A stretch of DNA of 64,000 bases. Origin: Polyangiaceae bacterium. Lineage in GTDB: Bacteria > Myxococcota_A > Polyangia > Polyangiales > Polyangiaceae. Positions 12,990 through 21,703 of this stretch are shown one piece after another. The stretch's first letter is position 1, and every line of letters begins with the position of its first letter. The position numbers and the translations under genes were made by a program. The notes below the pieces were generated by a model. That model saw only the letters and a list, made by a program, of their open reading frames with translations. It was not told where the DNA came from and searched no databases. The DNA lies in contig JADJRH010000002.1 of assembly GCA_016712345.1 (NCBI GenBank), positions 392,466 through 456,465 on the forward strand, in the 5' to 3' direction.

Positions 12990-13173
12990 AGAGGCCTCAA
13001 TCTAGCGTGACGCTCAAACGCGCGCCGCTTACAAAATGGGCTTTGAGCGGGCGCCGTCCGATTCTGAACGTGTCAGACGACTGCGCGCCGCAGATCGAAA
13101 CGCGGAACATGGAAACGCAGACGCCCCGGCCGGTGAATTCCACCAGCCAGGGCGTGAGCGTTCGTGACAAATC

Positions 13174-13377
13174 TCAGGTTTTTTGAGCGTACTTCTTGCG
13201 GAACTTGTCAACGCGGCCCGCTACGTCCATGACCTTGTGTTTGCCGGTGTAAAACGGGTGACATGCCGCGCAGACATCAACTGTGAAGCTCCCGCGAGTG
13301 GAGCGTGTCGTGTAGCTCGTGCCACACGCACAGGTAATGAGGGCGGCTTTGTAATCGGGGTGAATGCCTTGCTTCAT
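13174..13377 (-). CDS. rpmE: 50S ribosomal protein L31.
   Basis: MKQGIHPDY start, the Cys motifs and a 67-aa length. Confidence 0.9.
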   Translation of the reverse strand: MKQGIHPDYKAALITCACGTSYTTRSTRGSFTVDVCAACHPFYTGKHKVMDVAGRVDKFRKKYAQKT

Positions 13378-13752
13378 AGGTGGCGCTCCTCGTGGGGCCG
13401 TCGCTGACCGACCGAAGGGGTCGGCTGACTTAACTCACCTCGTTCGGTTGTGCAAGCGTTTGGATCGAAGCTGGGCCGGCGGCCAAGCAATCTTTTTGCC
13501 ACGGCTTTGCAGACGCGTGTTGACCTGGGCGCGCAGGTGGTTAGTTTCGCCTCCGGTTCGGTCGCTCAGACCAGTTAAAAACGCCACCGAACCAATCGAA
13601 ACTGCGGCGGTTTTGGCCGATACGGCCATGGCGGCCGGGCCGGCGAACCGGGTTCGAACGGGCGTTTCCCGTCCCAGGTCGCGGCAGCCGAACGCCACCG
13701 CCCAACAATCAAAAACTCACAGTCCGCACGCATTCTCAGAGGAGATACCTGT

Positions 13753-15661
13753 CATGGGCAAGATCATCGGCATCGACTTGGGCACGACCAACAGCGTGGT
13801 CGCGGTGATGGAGGGCAAAGAGCCCAAGGTCATCGTGAACGAAGAAGGGGCACGGCTCACCCCGTCGGTGGTTGCGTGGGACGAAAAAGGTGAAGTTTTG
13901 GTTGGCCAAATCGCCAAACGCCAAGCTGTCACCAACCCCACCAACACCGTTTACTCGTCGAAGCGGTTCATCGGCAGGCGCTTTGAAGAAGCTCAAGAAG
14001 AGTCAAAGCGCGTTCCTTACAAAGTAAAAAAGGGCAAGGCCGGCGAACCTGTTTTTGAAGTGCGCGGAAAAGATCTCTCAGCGCCCGAAGTCAGCGCCCG
14101 CGTCCTGATGAAGCTCAAAAAAGCGGCTGAAGACTACCTCGGTGAAAAGGTCACCGACGCCGTGATCACCGTCCCCGCCTACTTCAACGACTCGCAGCGC
14201 CAAGCCACCAAAGACGCCGGTCGCATCGCCGGTCTCGAAGTAAAACGCATTGTGAACGAGCCCACCGCGGCGGCGCTCGCGTACGGCCTCGACAAAAAGA
14301 GTGACGAAGTGATCGCCGTGTACGACTTCGGCGGCGGCACATTCGATATCTCGATCCTCGAAGTGGGCGACAACGTCGTGCAAGTGATCTCGACCAACGG
14401 CGACACCCACCTCGGCGGCGACGACGTTGACCACCTGATCATGGATTGGCTGATTGCCGAGTTCAAAAAAGACACCGGCATGGACGTGTCCAACGACAAG
14501 ATGGTTGTGCAGCGCCTCAAAGACGCTTCTGAACAAGCCAAGATTGAACTTTCAAACGTGCAGGAAACAACCATCAACCTGCCGTTCCTCACCGCCGACG
14601 CTTCCGGTCCCAAACACCTGCAAAAGCAGCTCACACGCGCGCGCCTCGAACAGATGATTCGCCCGCTCGTTGAGCGCTCCATGGAGCCCGTTCAAAAGGC
14701 GCTGCGCGACGCAAAGAAGAGCCCACAACAGATCGATGAAGTGGTGCTCGTCGGCGGCTCCACACGCATTCCGCTCGTTCAAGAAACGGTTAAAAAGTTC
14801 TTTGGCAAAGAGCTGCACAAGGGCGTTAACCCCGACGAGGTTGTCGCGGTCGGCGCCGCGGTTCAGGCCGGCGTTCTCGCGGGCGACGTGAAAGATCTCG
14901 TTCTCCTCGACGTGACGCCTCTGTCGCTCGGTGTTGAAACGCTCGGCGGCGTGACCACTGTCATGATTCAGCGCAACACCACCATTCCCACGCAAAAGAA
15001 AGAGATCTTCTCCACCGCGAGTGACAGCCAACCGTCGGTTGAAATTCACGTCCTTCAAGGTGAACGAACCGAGGCTCGCTATAACCGCACTTTGGGCAAG
15101 TTCCACTTGGAAGGAATCATGCCCGCGCCGCGTGGTGTACCCAAAATTGAAGTCACGTTCGACATCGACGCAAACGGCATCTTGAGTGTACACGCGAAAG
15201 ATACCGCCACCGGCAAAGACCAAAAGATCACCATCACCGCCACCTCGGGGTTGAGTGAGTCCGAAATTCAAAAGATGGTGAAAGAAGCGGCCGATCACGA
15301 AGCGGAAGACAAGCAACGCCGCGACGAGATCGAGAAGCGCAACAAGCTCGACAACCTCTGTTACACAATCGAAAAAGCCATCTCCGAGAACAAAGAAAAG
15401 CTCCCCGCGGGTGATGTGACTTCGCTTGAGGGCATGATCAAAGAAGCTCGCAGCGCGATCGAAAAGCAGGACGCGGCGGCCGTTGAGGAAAACCTCAACA
15501 AGCTCGAAAAAGAAATGCACCGCATCGCGAGTGCCGTGTACGGAGCCGGTGGTCCGGGCGCTCCGGGTGGTCCCGGCGCAGGCCCCGCCGCGGGCGGCGA
15601 GCCCCCCAAGGGCAAGGGCAAGGACGGCGTGATCGACGCCGAGTTCGAAGAGAGCAACTGA
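13753..15661 (+). CDS. dnaK: Molecular chaperone DnaK (Hsp70).
   Basis: [18 protein letters not shown] start, Hsp70 signatures ([18 protein letters not shown]) and an acidic EEVD-like C-terminus. The start at 13753 is chosen over the track ORF 13364. Confidence 0.97.
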
Positions 15662-15699
15662 AGCGCGCGGCGTCCCGCGAGCGTCGACAAACAACAAAG

Positions 15700-15740
15700 C
15701 CCCCGCACCCTTACGGCGGGGGTTTTGCTTTTTTGTGCAA
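15700..15740. terminator. GC hairpin (GCCCCCGC...GCGGGGG) followed by TTTTGCTTTTTT in the convergent gap between dnaK and speA. Probable bidirectional intrinsic terminator.
   Basis: Inverted repeat and T-run seen directly in the sequence. Confidence 0.55.
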
Positions 15741-15780
15741 ACGATTGTTCGGAAAATCGATCCAATCGCTCAGCGATTAT

Positions 15781-17714
15781 TCAGCCAAAACTCAAATACG
15801 TTTGCGCCTTCAATCCGCGCTCGTAATCGGCCAGCAGGCGCATGCCTTCGGTGGGCTTGAGTTTGTCCTGCTTAATGGCTGAATCAACCTGCGCCTTCAC
15901 CTTGGAGATGAGATCGCGCGCATCGTACTGCGTCATCCCGAGCACTTCTTGAATGGTGTGCCCGGCGATCGTCTCTTCGATGTAGTAACCGCTCTCTTCG
16001 TCGTCATCGAGGAACACGTGCACCTCGTTTACGCGACCGAAGAGATTGTGCAGATCGCCCATGATGTCTTGGTAGGCGCCGGTTAAGAAAATGCCCAAAT
16101 AATAAGGCTCGTCGACCTTGATTGTGTGGAGCGGCAACGTGTCGCGCACATCGTTCAGATCGATAAACTTGCTCACCTTGCCGTCGGAATCGCACGTGAT
16201 GTCCACGAGCGTGCTCGCCATGTTCGGTTGCTCATGCAGCCGATGCACAGGCACGATCGGAAAGAGCGCGCCGAGCGCCCAGTGATCAAGCAGCGACTGA
16301 AACACCGAAAAGTTGCAGATGTGTTGATCTGCGAGCTGATTTTTCAGCTCCACAATGTCTTCGGGAACCTCGCTCGGATCGATGTCTTTGGTCAGCCTTT
16401 GCAGCTTCTCCGCGATCTCCCAAAACATCGTTTCAACGCGCGCCTTCACATTCAGATCGAGCACGCCCACGTCAAACATCTTCTGCGCTTCTTCTTTGAT
16501 CTGAAGAAGGTCGTGCCACGTTTCGCTCAGGTTCTGCGTCGTCACGTGGTCGTGAATGTGCTCCAGATCGCGCGTGAGTTTGTGCTGCTCTGTGTGTACC
16601 GGCGCGGGCATGCTCGGCGTTTTTTCAATTGAGCCAAACGCCTCCACAACAAGCACCGAGTGATGCGCCACGATTGCGCGGCCCGACTCGCTCACAATAT
16701 CCGGGTGCGGCACGCGCTCGTCGTCGCAAACGTCGGTGATGTTGTACACAACGTCCCGTGCGTACTCATCGACGGTGTAGTTCATCGACGAGTGAAACGT
16801 GGACCGTGAGCCGTCGTAATCGATCGCAAGGCCGCCGCCCACGTCGAGGTACTCCACCGGATGCCCCATTTTTCGGAGCTTCGCGTAATACCGCGCAGCC
16901 TCCCTCACGGCGCGTTTCACAATGAGAATGTCGGGCACCTGCGAGCCGATGTGAAAGTGAATGAGCTTAAACGCCTGGCTCATCCCCGCATCACGCATGA
17001 TGTCGGTGGCCGTTAAAATTTCCGACGTTGAAAGCCCAAATTTCGCGTGCTCACCGCCGCTCGTGGCCCACTTACCGGCGCCCTTCGTCACGAGCCGAAC
17101 GCGCAGACCGATGTACGGCTCCACGTTCATTTCTTTCGCGATGCGCGTGATCGCCCGCACTTCAGAAAGTTTCTCGGCGATCAAAATCACCTTTTTCCAA
17201 GCTTGCGGCCGATCATCGCGGTGCGAATGAACGTGTCGTCTTTGTAGCCGTTGCACACAATCAAACTTTCGTTGTCAGTGTGTACGCTCAGTCCGGCAAA
17301 GATCTCCGGCTTGGATCCAACCTCCACGCCGAAGTGGTACGGACGCCCCGCATCCAAAATTTCTTCGACCACCTCACGCAGTTGGTTGACCTTGATCGGA
17401 AAGACGCCGCGGTACACACCGCGGTATTTGTTTTCCGAGATCGCGCGATTGAACGCATCGTTCAACGCCCGCACGCGATGGTGCAAAATGTCTTGAAAGC
17501 GAATGAGGAGCGGGTTTCCCAAGCCTCGCTCACGCGCTTCCGCAATCACGTCCATGATGGCGATTCGCTTGCCGCGTTCTTGCAGCGGCGCGATCGTCAT
17601 GTTGCCTTTGTCGTCGACGTCGAAGTATCCGCTCCCCCATCGATCGATGAGGTAAAGCTCCTTCGAATCTTCGGTCGTCCAGCTTTCTTTGTTGGCCACA
17701 CTCGCGTCGTTCAA
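15781..17714 (-). pseudogene. speA: Biosynthetic arginine decarboxylase (SpeA) interrupted by a -1 frameshift in an A5 run (plus-strand T-run 17192-17196). This is either an assembly error or a genuine disruption.
   Basis: The N-terminal 175-aa ORF (17187..17714) ends ...IGRKLGKR*. The C-terminal 491-aa ORF (15781..17256) resumes VILIAEKLSEV... An A6 run would read IGRKLGKKVILIAEKL, which is colinear with E. coli SpeA (IGEKMGHKVYLVIEKM). Confidence 0.85.
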
Positions 17715-17844
17715 TTCAGCGCTCCGTGAAGTCTTTTGTGGAGGTGAAAAACCAATACCCCACGAAAGCTCCGCACCACAATGGCTTGGCGGGCTATAAA
17801 GCCCCCCCGTGAAAGCTCACCGACTGCCCGGTTGGGGCAGCCAA

Positions 17845-18504
17845 ATGCTCACCATCTTTCGCAAAGATCTTGCGATTGAATACGCGACCAAAGAAATTGT
17901 CACAACAAGCGGCTTTTTTGCCGTTCTTGTCGCAACAATCGCTTCCATCGCGTTCACGGGCGGGTCAGACGTAAGGCAGCGCGTTGCGCCGGGGGTGATT
18001 TGGGTGGCTGTTGCGTTTGCCGCAGTATTGGCGCTTTCGCGCGCTTGGCAACGTGAACGCGACGACGGCGCCCTCAACGGCCTATTGGTGAGCCCCATTT
18101 CACGAAGTGCTATTTTTGCCGGCAAAGCCCTTGGATTGAGCGTTTTTCTGCTTGTGATTGAGGCGATTGTCATCCCCGTTGCAGCGGTTTTTTTTGGCAT
18201 TGACCTCATTCAAATGGGGCCCGGACTAATTGTATTCTGCCTGCTTGTAACTCCCGGTCTCGCCGCAAGTGGCACTCTTTTCGGCGCCATGACAGTGCGC
18301 ACGCGGGCCAGGGATCTCGTGCTCGCCGCTGTCATGTTTCCCCTGCTCACTCCCGCTCTCCTCGCCGGTGTCGCTGGAACGCGTGAGTTGTTTTACGGGG
18401 CAACCGTGGCTGAAGTGGGGGACTATTATCAGCTGATAGCGCTGTTTGATTTTCTGTTTTTGGCGGGCGGACTTGGCATGTTTGAGCTGTTAATCGAAGG
18501 ATAA
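17845..18504 (+). CDS. ccmB: Heme exporter protein B (CcmB-family ABC permease). No ccmA or ccmC is adjacent.
   Basis: VAPGVIWVAVAFAAVLALSRAWQRERDDGALNGLLVSP is colinear with the CcmB consensus. Six predicted TM helices. Internal start at MLTIFRKDL. Confidence 0.7.
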   Translation: MLTIFRKDLAIEYATKEIVTTSGFFAVLVATIASIAFTGGSDVRQRVAPGVIWVAVAFAAVLALSRAWQRERDDGALNGLLVSPISRSAIFAGKALGLSVFLLVIEAIVIPVAAVFFGIDLIQMGPGLIVFCLLVTPGLAASGTLFGAMTVRTRARDLVLAAVMFPLLTPALLAGVAGTRELFYGATVAEVGDYYQLIALFDFLFLAGGLGMFELLIEG

Positions 18505-18513
18505 CACCTTTTC

Positions 18514-18565
18514 CAAGGTCTCTTTTTGGGGGCGGGGGCAAGCCCCCGCAACGCCCCCGCGCTAT
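18514..18565. terminator. G/C-rich hairpins (GGGGGCGGGGGC...GCCCCCGC...GCCCCCGCG) in the convergent gap. Possible bidirectional terminator.
   Basis: Inverted GC repeats flanked by T-rich tracts. Confidence 0.3.
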
Positions 18566-18774
18566 TTCTTTCGAGTCTTTTTGGGATTGGATGGTTCATC
18601 GCTGTTCGCCTCGGGAGGCGGCGACTTGGGCATTCGACCGGCATCCATCAACGCCCTGCGCAGCAAAAACTCAAGCTGACCGTTGAGGCTGCGCAGGTCG
18701 TCGTCGGCCCACCGCTGAAGAGCGGCTAGCAGCGCCGGATCGAGGCGGAGGAGAAAAGGTTTCCGCTCAGCCAT
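18562..18774 (-). CDS. Small ribbon-helix-helix (Arc/CopG-like) DNA-binding protein.
   Basis: A 70-aa ORF with FLLRLDPALLAALQRWADDDLRSLNGQLEFLLRRAL (beta-strand plus two helices) and a basic tail. It is immediately downstream of the SPFH gene. Confidence 0.45.
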   Translation of the reverse strand: MAERKPFLLRLDPALLAALQRWADDDLRSLNGQLEFLLRRALMDAGRMPKSPPPEANSDEPSNPKKTRKK

Positions 18775-18811
18775 AAAGCACCTGAAACATGAGAGTTGGC
18801 TCGGAAACCAA

Positions 18812-19771
18812 TTATGAGTAAATGGTGCCAGTGTTGACTACGGGCTGTGCGTTACGTTCGCCGCAAAGCACAACAAGCAGGTTGCTGACCATTTGGGCCT
18901 TTCGCTCTTCATCGAGTTGCACAATTTCGTGTTTGGACAACATCTGAAGAGCCATTTCAACCATGCCTACCGCGCCTTCAACAATGCGTTGACGAGCGGC
19001 GATAATGGCACCGGCTTGTTGCCGTTGAAGCATGGCGTGGGCGATTTCAGGGGCGTACGCCAGATGGCTAATCTGGGCATCTACCACTTCAACACCCGCG
19101 GCGCCGAGAGCGCGATTCAACTCCGCGCACAACTCCTCCACAATGTGATCGGTATGCCCGCGCAACGACGGTTTTGAGTCATCATGGGCGTCATAAGCAT
19201 ACCGCGTCGCCAAATTTCGAAGCGCAGACTCGGCCTGTACAGCAACGTACTTTTCGTAGTTGTCGACTCGAAAACAAGCTTCTGCCGTATCCACAACGCG
19301 CCAAACGACAATGGCGGCAATCTCAATGGGGTTACCCTCAATGTCGTTTACTTTGAGTCTGGCGCTCTCAAAACTCCTCATTTTGAGGGAGATTTTGCGC
19401 TTTGCGAAAAAGGGGTTTGCCCAACGGAGCCCCTCATCGCGGGTTGTGCCTACGTATTTTCCAAAGAGCTGAAGCACCATCCCTTCATTGGGGCCGACAA
19501 CGAAAAAGCCGCCGAGCGCCACAAGAACTCCAATGAACACAAGCACAACGATGACCGCAATGGGCCCTTCTTTAATTGCCTTTGTTGCCACCGCAAATGC
19601 TGGAACGCCGGCGAGCAATGCGAGAAGCATGACCAACATCGCACCACCCGAAGCCGTGGAGTGCCTTTTTTCAATCAGCTCCACCGCCTTGGGGGGGTTA
19701 TTTTTGGCGCGCGCTTCATTGCCGCGTTGGCGGTAAACATCGCGAGACTGGGGACCTGTTGTTTGGCTCAT
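18812..19771 (-). CDS. SPFH / band-7 (stomatin-prohibitin-flotillin) family membrane protein.
   Basis: An N-terminal TM segment is followed by a PHB domain ([22 protein letters not shown]...[13 protein letters not shown]...) and a coiled-coil C-terminus. Confidence 0.8.
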   Translation of the reverse strand: MSQTTGPQSRDVYRQRGNEARAKNNPPKAVELIEKRHSTASGGAMLVMLLALLAGVPAFAVATKAIKEGPIAVIVVLVFIGVLVALGGFFVVGPNEGMVLQLFGKYVGTTRDEGLRWANPFFAKRKISLKMRSFESARLKVNDIEGNPIEIAAIVVWRVVDTAEACFRVDNYEKYVAVQAESALRNLATRYAYDAHDDSKPSLRGHTDHIVEELCAELNRALGAAGVEVVDAQISHLAYAPEIAHAMLQRQQAGAIIAARQRIVEGAVGMVEMALQMLSKHEIVQLDEERKAQMVSNLLVVLCGERNAQPVVNTGTIYS

Positions 19772-19776
19772 GCTTG

Positions 19777-19794
19777 CAAAGTGATATCACTTTG
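19777..19794. promoter_or_regulatory. Perfect 18-bp palindrome CAAAGTGATATCACTTTG in the divergent promoter region between the SPFH gene and the radical-SAM pair. Candidate operator.
   Basis: The dyad symmetry is exact and is read directly from the sequence. Confidence 0.4.
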
Positions 19795-19887
19795 ATGTCT
19801 TGTCAATATCAATTCGGCCGAAACCTCCGCGGCGTCTCCCTTCGCCCATGACGGACCTCTGCGTGTGGTGCTATTCTGCCCGCTTCG

Positions 19888-21687
19888 ATGAAGGCGCTCA
19901 TCAAAGTGGGTTATGCGTGCAATGAAAATTGCACGTTTTGCCACACTCTCGATCTGCGCGAACAAAACGACGATAGCGATCGAGTCGTGTGGAAAATTCG
20001 CCGCGCAAAAGCGCTCGGCTATTCAATGGTGGTGCTTTCCGGCGGCGAACCCACCATTCGCCCTGAGCTGCTCACATGGGCAAAACTGGTGGCGTCCCTC
20101 GGGTTGGACTTTGGCCTTGTCACCAATGGACTGCTGCTTTCTTACCCGCATGTCACAAGCGAATTAATTGAAAACTGCCGCCTTCGTTATGTGTACATGT
20201 CCATTCACGGCGGTGACGCCAAAGTTCATCGCAGCGTTGTCAGGGCAGATACGTTTGACCAGGCGTATCGAGCGCTTGAATTGCTCGCCGGCCGAGTTCC
20301 CGACTTAACGGCCAATTGTGTTGTTACAAATGCCAATTTGCCGCACCTCCGCGCCGTTGTAGAAAAGCTCCTGCCGCTCAAACAACTGGCAATCAAGTTT
20401 TCAATGACGCAGCCCAAAGGGGGCGGAAAACACGCGTTTGACGTGATTGTCCCCGATGTTGAAGAGTGTGCCGCCGCGGTGAAACAAGCCATCTCCCATG
20501 GAGAGATGTTGCGCGGTTCGGAGGAATGGCCCCGATTTGTGCACGACGGCATTCCATTCTGCCTGCTGCCCGGTCTGCATGAAAACTACGACGATCTGAA
20601 AACCCATCAATTTGCCACCATGATCGAAAGTGATGAAGACGACTTCGTCCCGGTCGACGACGTGGCAAAAACCCACCCACCTGAATGTGACGGCTGTTCG
20701 CTGAAAGGCCCCTGTCCCGGCCTCTTTAGAGGCTATTTAGAAAGCCGCGGCGCCTCCGCTCTCAGGCCCGTGCGCCAAAAGCCGCGCTCCAGTTCATTCA
20801 ACTACGTGCCTGAACGCGATATCGCCAGACCCAAAGGAGCGCCGTGCCCCATTAAAACCGACGGCGTTTCTCCCTACGATCGGGCTAGAACACTGTTTGT
20901 GCGCATGTCTGATAGAATGCGGCTCTTTCGCACTTTTTCGCGCGACTTTTCAGACGAAGAAATGCTGCACATTAAAGAGGGAGTGGGTCAGGTCTACCTT
21001 GATATCTCCACAAAAGTGTCCATTGACGACTTTTCAAAAGACCTGCGAAAACTGGTGCTCTCGTCGGAGTGCCGCCGTTGTGAAAAAAGGCCACAATGCA
21101 CCGGTTCTTGGGAGCCTTTAAAAGAAGACCTTTTTACGCGGGACGACCACGCTCTCCGCACGCTTGTTGGTTCACTCACCGGCAGAATCTTGGATCTCGG
21201 GGCGGGGGAGGGGCCTTATCTCGACATTCTTGCCCCCAAAATCGCCTCCGGTGAAGTTGACTATGTGGCGGTTGAGCCCGATGCCGGTCGACTGGAGTTG
21301 ATTTTGGCGCGAGCGCCTAAAGCGCGGGTTTTAAACACAACGGCGGAGCGTTTACCCCCGGACATTGGCACGTTCGACAACGTGCTTTGTCTCCGAGCGT
21401 ACAACCACTTTGCCGATCCACAAAAAGCCCTTGAGCCGGCCATTTTACTCCTGCGCAACAAGGGCTCGCTGATTGTGGCCGACAACATTGCGTTTGGCCT
21501 TTTGAGAACCAAAACACAGGCCAATCGGGCCGAAAACGCGCCCAACAACGTGTTTGAACACTACCGCAACGACGGTGCCGTTGAAGCCGAAAAGGCCCTC
21601 TCCGGTTTTCCACTCAAACTGCGACAAAAAATGGAGACAGGCCCTTTCAGCTCCAATCAATGGCTGCTCTGCTACGACCGAGTGTAA
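19888..21687 (+). CDS. Radical SAM enzyme with a SPASM/twitch-like Cys cluster, fused to a C-terminal class I SAM-dependent methyltransferase domain.
   Basis: CNENCTFC (Cx3Cx2C) at residues 11-18. Glycine-rich SAM site VVLSGGEPT. Later Cys cluster PECDGCSLKGPCPG. The C-terminal part has methyltransferase motif I (ILDLGAGEGPYLD) followed by VAVEPD. Confidence 0.75.
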   Translation: MKALIKVGYACNENCTFCHTLDLREQNDDSDRVVWKIRRAKALGYSMVVLSGGEPTIRPELLTWAKLVASLGLDFGLVTNGLLLSYPHVTSELIENCRLRYVYMSIHGGDAKVHRSVVRADTFDQAYRALELLAGRVPDLTANCVVTNANLPHLRAVVEKLLPLKQLAIKFSMTQPKGGGKHAFDVIVPDVEECAAAVKQAISHGEMLRGSEEWPRFVHDGIPFCLLPGLHENYDDLKTHQFATMIESDEDDFVPVDDVAKTHPPECDGCSLKGPCPGLFRGYLESRGASALRPVRQKPRSSSFNYVPERDIARPKGAPCPIKTDGVSPYDRARTLFVRMSDRMRLFRTFSRDFSDEEMLHIKEGVGQVYLDISTKVSIDDFSKDLRKLVLSSECRRCEKRPQCTGSWEPLKEDLFTRDDHALRTLVGSLTGRILDLGAGEGPYLDILAPKIASGEVDYVAVEPDAGRLELILARAPKARVLNTTAERLPPDIGTFDNVLCLRAYNHFADPQKALEPAILLLRNKGSLIVADNIAFGLLRTKTQANRAENAPNNVFEHYRNDGAVEAEKALSGFPLKLRQKMETGPFSSNQWLLCYDRV

Positions 21688-21703
21688 TGAGGAACCTCCC
21701 CGC

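Noticed and set aside
13640-13665. GGTTCGAAC T-loop-like motif suggesting a tRNA in the dnaK leader.
   Set aside because: No acceptor or anticodon stems can be built. Only the single tRNA-Ala at 35922 folds into a cloverleaf.
14552-15697. A 381-aa ORF antisense to dnaK, and many similar long antisense ORFs (e.g. 43294-44142, 40574-41059, 54167-54994).
   Set aside because: These are typical high-GC antisense open frames. The sense strands encode unmistakable conserved proteins.
21554-21703. An N-terminal extension of the second radical SAM ORF overlapping the first gene, which could indicate a third frameshift.
   Set aside because: The first gene ends with a clean stop at 21687. The second has a good RBS and ATG at 21704, and the extension has no homology-like features.
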